Source: Flavobacteriales bacterium
Lineage (GTDB): Bacteria; Bacteroidota; Bacteroidia; Palsa-965
DNA: 64,000 bases
Assembly (NCBI GenBank): GCA_040377305.1
Contig: JBEIPA010000002.1
Location: 1 to 64,000 of the forward strand
Reading direction: 5' to 3'
Under the pieces are notes generated by a model. The model did not search any database, was not told where the DNA came from, and was given only the letters and a program-made list of their open reading frames with translations. The translations under genes and the position numbers were made by a program. This document shows, piece by piece, positions 20,012 to 29,102 of this stretch; the first letter of the stretch is position 1, and each line of letters starts with the position of its first letter.

Positions 20012-21673
20012 ATGAGTTACTCACCGGTTTCTTCCAACACTTTATTAGCTTACGCACTTGACGTTCTTCCTGATCCGTTACAAGTTTCGCCCCCAATAGG
20101 GAATACCGTTTACGCCGCACTAACGTTTTCCATTTCCAATAATTCAACTACTGCTGTTTCTTTATCGAAACTGCAGTTTCAGTTGCCGATCGGGACATTA
20201 GCACAGGATCTTACAGCGAGTTCAACAGGTGTAATTTGTTCGGCAAGTCCCGACGGAGTCTGGGACATAAGTATTGATGCGAACGGATTATGTACCGCAA
20301 CACCTTCATCGGGAGTGCCGGTTGTTGTTACCACAGAAGGCATCATCATGCAATTGTATAATATCGCCGTGAACCAGCAAACAGGTACGATAAGTATAAG
20401 TGTAAATGAAACAGCCGGTAATTCAGGAAGTACTCCAACAGTACAATCTGCAAGTTTTAATGTGGCCAAATTTCCGTACGGATTTTATTTTACAAATTTT
20501 ACAGCCAATGCCACGCAGGTAGCCGATCAGGGAACAGTTATTTTAACCTGGGAAGGGAGTGATTATAAAACATCGTATTCGATTACAGCAGGTGGATCAG
20601 CTCCGGTTGATGTAACAAATGTGCGGACATGGACTTCTCCGGCTTTGACGAATGATACAACATTTATACTTACCGCGAGTGCTACTTCATTTGGAGAAAC
20701 TGTTACAACTACTTTGTCAACAACCGTTATTGTTTCAAATCCGGAACTGTCAGTGGAATCACTTGTTGTAAGCGGTAATAGCAGCTTACAGGGGCCGTTA
20801 AGTGTAACAGGAACAACCACTATTAACAATACATTATCTGTTGCCGGAGCAACCAACATTTCCAATTCGCTCAGTGTAAGCGGTGCAAGTACACTTGCGT
20901 CATTAACTGTGAATCAGGAATTGACTGCAGGTGCAGGTATTACTACCAGTCAACTGACTGCAACTGATTTAAACATCAATGGAGGTGGTTTTTTTACTTC
21001 GGGATACTCCACACCTCCACCTGCTACAACATACGGACTATGGATCAACTATAATCCTGAAGATGGATCTGGCTATATTTCATCATCTGCTGACCCAGGA
21101 CTTTTCGGAGGGCAGACTATGCTTGTGCTACAGCCAAACGGGAGTGCGGTTATTAGTGGTGTGTGGATACAGGGGACGAGCATTGATGGTGTCACCGATG
21201 AGAATGGCAATGCTACTCCTATTATTCTAAATAGCGTAATGGATCAATCTGGTAATTATGGGGATGTTTGGTCTTATGGCTACACAACAATAAACAACTC
21301 AATGTATGTTGCCGGCACACTTACATCGGGTTCATCCGGAACCATGTCGGTTCCTGCTGATGCAGCGTTGATGGAAGAGGTATCTGCTTATCAGGATGGT
21401 TTGGAGCAGGTGCTTAAACTTAATCCTGTAAAATTCCGATACAGCGAAACATCCGGTTACGACAGGCAGAAGGAGCATGTCGGACTTATCGCTCAGGATG
21501 CACATGCAATCGCTCCATATCTTTTTCATACATCAAGAAAAGGAAAATCCAAAGAAGAAATTCTGCATCACGATGCCGGTGCAATGACCTATATGCTGGT
21601 GAATGCTGTAAAAGAACTAAAAGCCGAAATCGATGCATTACGTGATGAATTGAAATTGATGAAAGAAAAGTAA
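20012..21673 (+). CDS. Tail-fibre-like protein 2 with C-terminal Peptidase_S74-like intramolecular chaperone
   Basis: LEQVLKLNPVKFRY...GLIAQD...LVNAVKELKAEIDAL is the endosialidase-chaperone pattern; shared N-terminus. Confidence 0.8.
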   Translation: MSYSPVSSNTLLAYALDVLPDPLQVSPPIGNTVYAALTFSISNNSTTAVSLSKLQFQLPIGTLAQDLTASSTGVICSASPDGVWDISIDANGLCTATPSSGVPVVVTTEGIIMQLYNIAVNQQTGTISISVNETAGNSGSTPTVQSASFNVAKFPYGFYFTNFTANATQVADQGTVILTWEGSDYKTSYSITAGGSAPVDVTNVRTWTSPALTNDTTFILTASATSFGETVTTTLSTTVIVSNPELSVESLVVSGNSSLQGPLSVTGTTTINNTLSVAGATNISNSLSVSGASTLASLTVNQELTAGAGITTSQLTATDLNINGGGFFTSGYSTPPPATTYGLWINYNPEDGSGYISSSADPGLFGGQTMLVLQPNGSAVISGVWIQGTSIDGVTDENGNATPIILNSVMDQSGNYGDVWSYGYTTINNSMYVAGTLTSGSSGTMSVPADAALMEEVSAYQDGLEQVLKLNPVKFRYSETSGYDRQKEHVGLIAQDAHAIAPYLFHTSRKGKSKEEILHHDAGAMTYMLVNAVKELKAEIDALRDELKLMKEK

Positions 21674-21776
21674 GCGGAAGAATTGTTGGCGACCCAATTC
21701 AGTTTTCTATTCATTTTTTACGAAAGAACTGTTACACGAATTCTCTAATCAATTTAATTTATAACACCTACACACC

Positions 21777-23417
21777 ATGAGTTACACACCCGTTTCTTCC
21801 AACACATTTTTAGCGTACGCGCTCGACATTCTTCCTGATCCGTTGCAGGCTTCGCCAACAACTGGAAATACAGTTTACGCTGCTTTAACATTTTCCATTT
21901 CCAATAATTCAACCACTGCTGTTTCTTTATCGAAACTGCAGTTTCAGTTGCCCATTGGAACATTAGCGCAAGACCTTACGGCGAGTTCAACCGCAATTAT
22001 TTGTTCGGCCAGTCCGGCAGCTGCCTGGGATATCAGTATCGATGCAAATGGATTATGCACCGCTACACCATCATCAGGCACGCCTATTTCAGTTACCACA
22101 GATGGCATCATCATGCAAGTGTATAATGTTGCAGTGAATCAGCAGACAGGAACCGTAAGCATTACTGTAACTGAAACAGCGAGCAATTCGGGTGGTGCAC
22201 CAACGAATCAGTTGGCGACTTTCAATGTTGCTAAATTTCCTTACGGGTTTTACTTTACCAATTTTGCAGCCAACGCAGCACAAGTGGCTGATCTGGGAAC
22301 AGTAACACTAACGTGGCAGGGAAGCGATATGGCCGCATACACGTTAATGTACGCCGGTACTTCTGTTGACGTTACAAATGACCGCACATGGACCTCGCCA
22401 CCTTTATCGAATGATACCACATTTATTCTGACGGCATCAGTTGTATCGCTGGGTACCACAGTCACGTCTACCTTGTCAACAACTGTTATTGTTTCCAACC
22501 CGGATGTTACGGCCACATCACTTGCCGTGAGTGGTAATACCAGTTTGCAGGGAACGTTGGGTGTTAATGGAGCTGTGAATGCAAATAATGTGCTAACTGT
22601 TGGTGGTGCAACTACACTCAACAGCACATTAAGTGTAACCGGTGCCAGCACGCTCTCGTCGGTTACTGTAAACGGTGCTTTAAATGCGAGTGGTGGAATA
22701 ACTACTTCGCAATTAATATCAAGCGGAGCTACTGTGAATGGTAACGCTAGCATCGCTGGAACACTGAGCCTCACGAGCCTTCAGGCAATTGGTACGCCTC
22801 AGTTAATCTATTCGGGAAATACTGCTTACGGGAATTCGTTTACGGCACCTACCGATGGTTTTGCCTGTGGCTATGTAACCGGACCTACACCAAACAATAC
22901 ATTGGCTTTGGTTTATCTGTGGGCATCAAGCAATGGCGCCAGTACAAGTGCGTCGGGTGGAAATAGCTGTGTGGCTTTTAGCTGGGATGGAAGCAGCGGA
23001 ACATCCTGGATGAACAATGTTTCCGGAAGTTTTTGTCTACCTGTTGCTAAGGGCAATTCATTTACCGTCAGCGGAGGTTATCCCAGTAATAATGCTGTAA
23101 ATCCAAATTATAGTTTGTACTGGATTCCAATTGGATCGGGAACTGTATCGTTAGCAGCGCCCTTAGCAACATTAGAACACAAAATTCCTGAAGTTCCTGA
23201 ATTTAGTTTTATCACCAATAAAAATAAGTACACCCATGAGCCCGCAGTCAATGGTTTGATGAATGTGCTGTCAGAAATTTTTGGCGATAAACTTTCAGCG
23301 GATTTAAAGGTTAAGCTTCACGACGCTGTGAAGGAATTGGTTTATAATGAAGGAAAAGAAACGATTAGTGGAACGATGGGTGCTGCCGATAAACCTTCGC
23401 CGAAAAAGAAAAAGTAA
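21777..23417 (+). CDS. Tail-fibre-like protein 3
   Basis: N-terminal ~310 aa highly similar to fibre 2 at protein and DNA level; tip FTAPTDG...LPVAKG...YWIPIG. Confidence 0.7.
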   Translation: MSYTPVSSNTFLAYALDILPDPLQASPTTGNTVYAALTFSISNNSTTAVSLSKLQFQLPIGTLAQDLTASSTAIICSASPAAAWDISIDANGLCTATPSSGTPISVTTDGIIMQVYNVAVNQQTGTVSITVTETASNSGGAPTNQLATFNVAKFPYGFYFTNFAANAAQVADLGTVTLTWQGSDMAAYTLMYAGTSVDVTNDRTWTSPPLSNDTTFILTASVVSLGTTVTSTLSTTVIVSNPDVTATSLAVSGNTSLQGTLGVNGAVNANNVLTVGGATTLNSTLSVTGASTLSSVTVNGALNASGGITTSQLISSGATVNGNASIAGTLSLTSLQAIGTPQLIYSGNTAYGNSFTAPTDGFACGYVTGPTPNNTLALVYLWASSNGASTSASGGNSCVAFSWDGSSGTSWMNNVSGSFCLPVAKGNSFTVSGGYPSNNAVNPNYSLYWIPIGSGTVSLAAPLATLEHKIPEVPEFSFITNKNKYTHEPAVNGLMNVLSEIFGDKLSADLKVKLHDAVKELVYNEGKETISGTMGAADKPSPKKKK

Positions 23418-23431
23418 AAATGATTTATCCT

Positions 23432-23466
23432 GGTAGTGCAGGCATTCATACCTGCACTACCTTTTA
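23432..23466 (+). terminator. Intrinsic terminator closing the island operon
   Basis: GGTAGTGCAGG-N8-CCTGCACTACC followed by TTTTA. Confidence 0.75.
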
Positions 23467-23580
23467 TGAATAAATCGATAGGTGGCCAGTAATCCGGAAG
23501 AATATGATTTAATCAAACTCATATAGAAAAGGATTCTCTTTCTATACAGTGGATGTCGCTATTTATAGTGGAAACGGCCA

Positions 23581-24057
23581 CTACGCATTAATGAGTTTCT
23601 TAAGCTCCAGCTCAACCTGTTCCGGAAATTGCGCAACTCCTTTTTCTGTGACGAGTAAATAATCGGGATTAGGACGATACTTCCCCACGTCGGTTTTAAA
23701 TTCATTGCACAGAAATATTCCGATGATGTCTTCTTTATCGACATGCTCCTGAGAAACATCAGTTGCCGCCGGTGATCTTCTGTCGATGATAAACACAAAT
23801 CCATTCGGTTGTTCTTCGGCGCGGGCAATTACCTGCGGATCGTTCACCATGATGTCGCGTACGAGCGCATGCATGTGAACGAGAAAATCTTTGTTGTAAG
23901 AAATGTTTCCCGGTACAACACCGATCTCGGGTTCATTCAGTTGTCCGATAAACAACTCACTCCTTGATTGAACACTTTTCAATTCTTCCTTCGTGAAAGG
24001 AGAAATCAAGTGAATTTCATTCGGACCATTTTGTAGGAGAAGGACGTTGCAGTTCAT
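23581..24057 (-). CDS. Hypothetical protein (158 aa); target gene of the island insertion
   Basis: Intact ORF; its last 183 nt have a diverged copy at 4244-4426. Confidence 0.8.
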   Translation of the reverse strand: MNCNVLLLQNGPNEIHLISPFTKEELKSVQSRSELFIGQLNEPEIGVVPGNISYNKDFLVHMHALVRDIMVNDPQVIARAEEQPNGFVFIIDRRSPAATDVSQEHVDKEDIIGIFLCNEFKTDVGKYRPNPDYLLVTEKGVAQFPEQVELELKKLINA

Positions 24058-24087
24058 AGATGGAATGCAAAGGTCTGAAAAAAGAAT

Positions 24088-24963
24088 TTATGCCGGACAA
24101 TACCATTTCTCTTCCCTCACGCGTACATATTCCTTACCATCCCATTCGTAGAATCCATACTTGTAAGTGGTGTCAAACGTTCGGATATCCGGCATTCCAT
24201 TGTGCTCTGTTTCGAGAAAATCAATTTGTGCAGCATCCGGAAATTCACAGAGGAACACTGCTTCACCATATGTATTCCTGGTAAAAAAGTATTTCCCGCC
24301 GATGCCTTCTCCAGTTACGATTATCGGCATTGAATCTTTGCCCAGATTGAGATAACTGATTGTGAGCTCAATCGGACCATATCCTTCCATTTCGCTAACG
24401 AGATCATGAATCCTGAAGTAATCAGACTGCGGAGTAAACAACGACATTTCTACAAATTTGCTTCCGTCGAACCGATACGCCCAATGGTCCATATCCCATT
24501 TGTCGCAAATAATGAAATCAAGCAGTCCGTTATGCGAAATCGGCAAGATGGTGTCGACAGCACCGCACTGATCAAACATCTTCACCCAATGTCCGGTCGA
24601 TTCTGAATACCGCGCTACCACGAGTTGGGCACCACAGGAACCCTTTGTATTGCCGGCGCAGGTTTCTATAAGAACAGTCTCATCTGTCACAGGCCATGCG
24701 TTGAGCCAAAATATTCGGGTGTTCGAACTGTCGGGCTCTGTATGAGACATTGAAGAATCAACTTCGAGAATATCCTCCAACATCCGCATCGTTGCTTTAT
24801 CGAACCGCCCCGGCATTGCGAATACCTGTCGCTGATAAGAGAACGCAACTTTCGTAATGGTGTCGTGCATTTCTGTAATTTCCGGCTTTTCAAAATACAC
24901 GTACGGACGAATCCACATCGTCGTAAGCAATACACCTGCAAGAAAAGCCAGAAAGAGTTTCAC
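24088..24963 (-). CDS. Exported or membrane-anchored hypothetical protein with duplicated HNG..D...(F/W)DG..(F/Y) module
   Basis: Hydrophobic N-terminus; internal repeat; C-terminus similar to 25957-26577. Confidence 0.7.
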   Translation of the reverse strand: MKLFLAFLAGVLLTTMWIRPYVYFEKPEITEMHDTITKVAFSYQRQVFAMPGRFDKATMRMLEDILEVDSSMSHTEPDSSNTRIFWLNAWPVTDETVLIETCAGNTKGSCGAQLVVARYSESTGHWVKMFDQCGAVDTILPISHNGLLDFIICDKWDMDHWAYRFDGSKFVEMSLFTPQSDYFRIHDLVSEMEGYGPIELTISYLNLGKDSMPIIVTGEGIGGKYFFTRNTYGEAVFLCEFPDAAQIDFLETEHNGMPDIRTFDTTYKYGFYEWDGKEYVRVREEKWYCPA

Positions 24964-25044
24964 ATTGCAATACTATTCTTCCTGCTGATGATAACCCCGT
25001 GTGATTGAACAACTGCAACTACAAGTGAATAACTGTACGATTTC

Positions 25045-25749
25045 TTAATCGCGTCGTGAACCAACGAAACGCATAATGAAGTAAAACAACGTGGCGAGCG
25101 ATGCCAATGCTGCAACCACATAAGTCGATGCGGCCCACTTCAACGCGTCTTTCGCGGCATTGTGTTCTCGTCCACCGCGCATCATTCCGGTCTGATCGAG
25201 CCATGCTAATGCACGACGGCTTGCATCAAATTCCACAGGCAGTGTGATCAATGAGAACAAGGTAATTGCACCCTGCAGAACGATCACCACAATCAAAGCT
25301 TGATTGTACAGATGAAAACTGAACGCCAGGAATGCCATTGCAATCAAAACGAAATTCATCAGCATTGAACTTACGTTTACTACAGGAACCAGTTTCGAAC
25401 GCAGGCCGAGCCATGTATAAGCCGTAGCGTGTTGTACGGCGTGACCAACTTCGTGAGAGGCCACCGCTGCAGCAGAAACGTTTGTTCCCTCGTAAACATC
25501 GGTGGAAAGATTCACCGTTTTGTTGCGTGGATCGTAGTGATCAGTTAAGCGTCCTTCAACGGACATTACTTTCACATCAAAGATTCCATGATCGCGCAAC
25601 ATTTTCTCGGCGAATTCCTTTCCGCTCATGCGCGATGGAGTTGGAATCTGCGAGTACAGCGCAAATTTATTCTTGAGCCTCGCGCTTACACCCATTCCAA
25701 TGAGCATAAACACGATGGTGAGCACCAATAAAATCGGGTCGAATAACAT
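25045..25749 (-). CDS. Putative neutral zinc metallopeptidase (YugP / Zn_peptidase_2 family)
   Basis: LTDHYDP, AASHEVGHAVQH-type HExxH, TLPVEFDASRRA, AASTYV. Confidence 0.9.
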   Translation of the reverse strand: MLFDPILLVLTIVFMLIGMGVSARLKNKFALYSQIPTPSRMSGKEFAEKMLRDHGIFDVKVMSVEGRLTDHYDPRNKTVNLSTDVYEGTNVSAAAVASHEVGHAVQHATAYTWLGLRSKLVPVVNVSSMLMNFVLIAMAFLAFSFHLYNQALIVVIVLQGAITLFSLITLPVEFDASRRALAWLDQTGMMRGGREHNAAKDALKWAASTYVVAALASLATLFYFIMRFVGSRRD

Positions 25750-25956
25750 ATTAATCTCGCTGCCGGATATAGTTGTTCGGTCAGCTACGTTATTCGCTCA
25801 AAGCACATACCATTGCGCAAGCACTGCCAGTATCGCAGAACACCGCGTTTCCCAATGAAATGTTGACAGTTAATAAGTGTGAAAGTGGAAATTTTGTCTA
25901 CAATAAACACACATGTGAATGCGCTGATTTGCAGATATGCCGATTTGCAGATTGAA

Positions 25957-26577
25957 TTAAGCAGGACAGTTCCAGCGCTCTTCGCGATCGAGTTTGTAGC
26001 TATTTCCGTTCCAAACGAAGAAGCTCACCGACATGTCGAAGTTGGTTGCGCAAACATCAGGCATTCCATTGTGCGATTCGCCTGTGAATTTTACCTGTAC
26101 TGCGCGCTCGAAGAAATTCATGAAACGCATTTCTGATTCTGAGCGACGATCGATCAGATAGATTCCGATCATTTCGTTCTGTGCAAGAATCATTTCTGTA
26201 CCATTAGAAGCACTGAAATATTCCATTTGCATCCAGCTCAGATCCGGATTGTTAGATGGACTCTCGCTCAGAATAATATTGCTTACGAGCAACGTATCCT
26301 TCAGATATTTCGACTGAGAAATATGATTGCTATCTGAGGGTTCCTTCGAATTCGTAATCACGCACTGCTTGTCATTGCAACGAACAGTGGTGGGTTGCTG
26401 CTCCTGTTGCTTCACAGAAACCGGCTCATAAAATGCAGTATTGATGACAGGAGAAACCCGAACATAACCCGCTACTCCACCCTTTTGCTCTTGATCATTT
26501 AGCCAGAATGTGCCGAGCATTAGACCCACTGTTGTGAAAAACAGAATTGCGATGGAAATAATCAAGGGCCTGTTCAT
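25957..26577 (-). CDS. Membrane-anchored hypothetical protein, paralog of 24088-24963
   Basis: N-terminal TM; ends HNGMPDV...WNGNSY..REERWNCPA. Confidence 0.7.
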   Translation of the reverse strand: MNRPLIISIAILFFTTVGLMLGTFWLNDQEQKGGVAGYVRVSPVINTAFYEPVSVKQQEQQPTTVRCNDKQCVITNSKEPSDSNHISQSKYLKDTLLVSNIILSESPSNNPDLSWMQMEYFSASNGTEMILAQNEMIGIYLIDRRSESEMRFMNFFERAVQVKFTGESHNGMPDVCATNFDMSVSFFVWNGNSYKLDREERWNCPA

Positions 26578-26728
26578 GGTATTAAAGTTAGTGCGGTTTA
26601 GCTTCGGTGCCGGCGCTTTTTAACATCTGTTGGATATTCTGTACAACTGTACCCTTCAAACGATCAAAATTTCGCAGGTCTGTTCCTATGTATAACGCAG
26701 AAAGTGTTAAAAAGTGACATCAGAAACG

Positions 26729-27415
26729 TTAAAAACTTGGGCAGCCTATAGACCGGAATGGTCTGCTTGGCTTTCCGAACAAGCGGCGATTCATTTCAAT
26801 TGCGATAACGTTTCCGGCTGCACTCACATAATCCGTGATTACTTCATCCCTATAACCTTTTGATGTTACGACAATTGTGAATGGCTGTTTCGGGTAGGCC
26901 ACCGGCACATGCAATTCAAATTTTCCGCTATACGATTTCGCTGTAGCAATCACGTTGCCCGAAGAGTCGCGGGCTTCAACTGTCGAACGATAAACCGTTT
27001 TTCCTTCAGACTTAATTTCTCCTCGCACAAGAAGCACTACTGAATCAGAAATAGTATTCGTGTTCTGAACGACATCCGTTTGCTTCTGCGCTTTGAGATC
27101 GCTTTTCGAAAACCAAAGGGCCACGGCAGCGAACACTGAAACTTTAAGTACCGTCGACCATCTCTTGCGTGAAGGAGCGAGTTGTTCGTTGTCGAACATC
27201 CCGCACACTTTTCCGTTATGCGATTCTATAACGCCAATGATTTGTTGATTCGACATCGCTGTAAAATCGTGCACAACATGCTTACAGGAATCACAGAATT
27301 TTCCTCCATGAACGGAAGTCATTTCGTCGTAATTCTCACTACATGGTTTGCGAATAAAGATGCCCGCCTGAATGACGTAGTCGGGCAGGGGCTGCGGGGC
27401 GGGGGCTGTCTTCAT
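26729..27415 (-). CDS. Hypothetical protein with N-terminal Cys cluster and carboxypeptidase-regulatory-like beta domain
   Basis: PCSENYDEM...FCDSCKHVVHDFTAMS...VCG, then a hydrophobic segment and VRGEIK...GKFEL...GYRD. Confidence 0.65.
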   Translation of the reverse strand: MKTAPAPQPLPDYVIQAGIFIRKPCSENYDEMTSVHGGKFCDSCKHVVHDFTAMSNQQIIGVIESHNGKVCGMFDNEQLAPSRKRWSTVLKVSVFAAVALWFSKSDLKAQKQTDVVQNTNTISDSVVLLVRGEIKSEGKTVYRSTVEARDSSGNVIATAKSYSGKFELHVPVAYPKQPFTIVVTSKGYRDEVITDYVSAAGNVIAIEMNRRLFGKPSRPFRSIGCPSF

Positions 27416-27498
27416 GGTAGACAGACGGGTGAAAAAGATAATGGTTGCCTCCTTAGAGATGGGTGTTGGGAGATCGGAGACGGGAGAAAAAACGAAAT

Positions 27499-27529
27499 AA
27501 AAAAGGACTTGAGAATATCTCAAGTCCTT
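27499..27529 (-). terminator. icd terminator, nested in a 20-bp inverted repeat (27465-27484 / 27563-27582)
   Basis: AAGGACTTGAGA-ATA-TCTCAAGTCCTT with T run on the minus strand; flanks GTTGGGAGATCGGAGACGGG / CCCGTCTCCGATCTCCCAAC. Confidence 0.75.
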
Positions 27530-27589
27530 CCTAAATCATATTGTCTTTGACGGATCATTACACCCGTCTCCGATCTCCCAACTCCGATC

Positions 27590-28834
27590 TTACGAAAGCT
27601 TCGCTTTCAGATTCGTATCTAACGCATTCAAAAAATCCTCCGTGTTCAGATAATGTTCACCCAAAGTCACTTTGCTTCCGTGAATACATACTGCGAGATC
27701 TTTCGTCATTTTTCCGCTCTCTACAGTTTCAACGCAGACTTGTTCGAGTGCCTGTGCGAACTTGATCAGTTCCTGGTTGTTGTCGAGTTTACCGCGGAAT
27801 TCCAATCCACGTGTCCATGCGAAAATTGACGCAATCGGATTCGTAGAAGTTGGCTTTCCTTTCTGGTGATCGCGATAGTGACGCGTTACCGTTCCGTGAG
27901 CCGCTTCTGCTTCCATGATTTTTCCGTCAGGAGTAGTCAGCACAGATGTCATCAGTCCAAGTGAACCGAAACCTTGTGCAACTGTATCCGACTGAACATC
28001 TCCGTCGTAGTTTTTGCAAGCCCAAACGAATTCACCGTGCCACTTCAATGCTGAAGCAACCATGTCGTCGATGAGACGGTGTTCGTACACCATGTTCGGA
28101 TTTGTTTTCTTCGCTTCTTCGAACTGTGCTTTGAATTCGTTGTTATAGATCTCTTCGAAAATATCTTTGAAGCGACCGTCATACTTTTTCAGGATGGTAT
28201 TCTTCGTAGAAAGATACAATGGCCATTTCTTCGACAACGCCATGCGGAAACAAGACTGTGCAAATCCGCGGATAGAAGATTCTGTGTTGTACATCGACAT
28301 TGCAACTCCAGGACCCTGGAAATTGTAAACGTCAAACGACTGCACTTCTGAACCGTCTTCCGGTGTGAAAGTCATTGTGAGCTTTCCTTTTCCTTTCACA
28401 ACCATATCCGTTGCGCGGTACTGATCACCAAATGCGTGACGACCAACAATGATTGGTGCAGTCCAGTTCGGAACCAAACGCGGAACGTTTTTACAAACGA
28501 TAGGCTCACGGAAAACTGTTCCGTCGAGGATATTACGGATAGTGCCGTTTGGCGACTTCCACATTTGTTTCAGGTTGAATTCTTTTACGCGCTCTTCATC
28601 AGGAGTGATGGTTGCGCACTTGATACCAACCTGGTATTTCTTAATTGCTTCTGCAGAATCGATCGTTACCTGATCGTTCGTAGCATCACGGTGCTCGATA
28701 CCGAGATCGTAATACTTGATGTCGATTTCGAGGTAAGGAAGAATCAGTTTGTCTTTGATGAATTTCCAGATGATGCGTGTCATCTCATCGCCATCAAGCT
28801 CAACAACGGGGTTGGCAACTTTAATTTTGTTCAT
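27590..28834 (-). CDS. icd: NADP-dependent isocitrate dehydrogenase
   Basis: [42 protein letters not shown]. Confidence 0.97.
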   Translation of the reverse strand: MNKIKVANPVVELDGDEMTRIIWKFIKDKLILPYLEIDIKYYDLGIEHRDATNDQVTIDSAEAIKKYQVGIKCATITPDEERVKEFNLKQMWKSPNGTIRNILDGTVFREPIVCKNVPRLVPNWTAPIIVGRHAFGDQYRATDMVVKGKGKLTMTFTPEDGSEVQSFDVYNFQGPGVAMSMYNTESSIRGFAQSCFRMALSKKWPLYLSTKNTILKKYDGRFKDIFEEIYNNEFKAQFEEAKKTNPNMVYEHRLIDDMVASALKWHGEFVWACKNYDGDVQSDTVAQGFGSLGLMTSVLTTPDGKIMEAEAAHGTVTRHYRDHQKGKPTSTNPIASIFAWTRGLEFRGKLDNNQELIKFAQALEQVCVETVESGKMTKDLAVCIHGSKVTLGEHYLNTEDFLNALDTNLKAKLS

Positions 28835-28897
28835 AGTGTATCGTGCGAATTGTGTGTGATTTTTTTTCGGATTCCAATATTACGAAAAACAATCGCC

Positions 28898-29102
28898 ATT
28901 GTGCGACCCCTACGGGGTCGAGAGTAGAAAAAAGATGCGGGGACTGTGTGTTATTAGGAATATGCGACTCCTCTGGAGTCGTGTTGCTTTTTCCAGCCGT
29001 TACAATTCAATAGAGAAACCAACACGATCCCATCGGGATCGCATATTCCTATCTGCAAAGCAGCGTCCCCCAACAAAAACGACCCCGTAGGGGTCGCACA
29101 AT
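28898..29102. repeat. REPIN/MITE-like nested inverted-repeat element, family A copy 1
   Basis: Perfect 23-bp terminal IR ATTGTGCGACCCCTACGGGGTCG; inner IR TAGGAATATGCGA / TCGCATATTCCTA. Confidence 0.8.

Larger units (their letters stand above)
4427..23763 (+). mobile_element. Genomic island (EEP / DUF6603-like / tail-fibre locus), no integrase seen
   Basis: Bounded by a duplicated gene 3' end with CTGAGAAA(T/C)ATCAGT at both junctions; AT-rich leader; nine co-directional genes; lacks the intergenic repeat families seen in the backbone. Confidence 0.7.

Noticed and set aside
8149-22774. Antisense and alternate-frame ORFs inside island genes (e.g. 9790-10281, 16051-16683, 18892-19404, 22250-22774)
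   Set aside because: Shadow ORFs expected from Thr/Gly/Val-rich codon bias; no motifs, and fully overlapped by better-supported genes.
18299-23417. Diversity-generating retroelement or shufflon acting on the fibre tips
   Set aside because: No reverse transcriptase or invertase, no TR/VR pair with adenine-specific differences, and no inverted tip cassettes; each fibre is a complete gene.
4427-23763. Prophage, tailocin or eCIS
   Set aside because: Only fibre-like genes resemble phage parts; no recognisable terminase, capsid, portal, sheath, tube, baseplate, spike, lysis or integrase genes. Remote homology cannot be excluded by eye.
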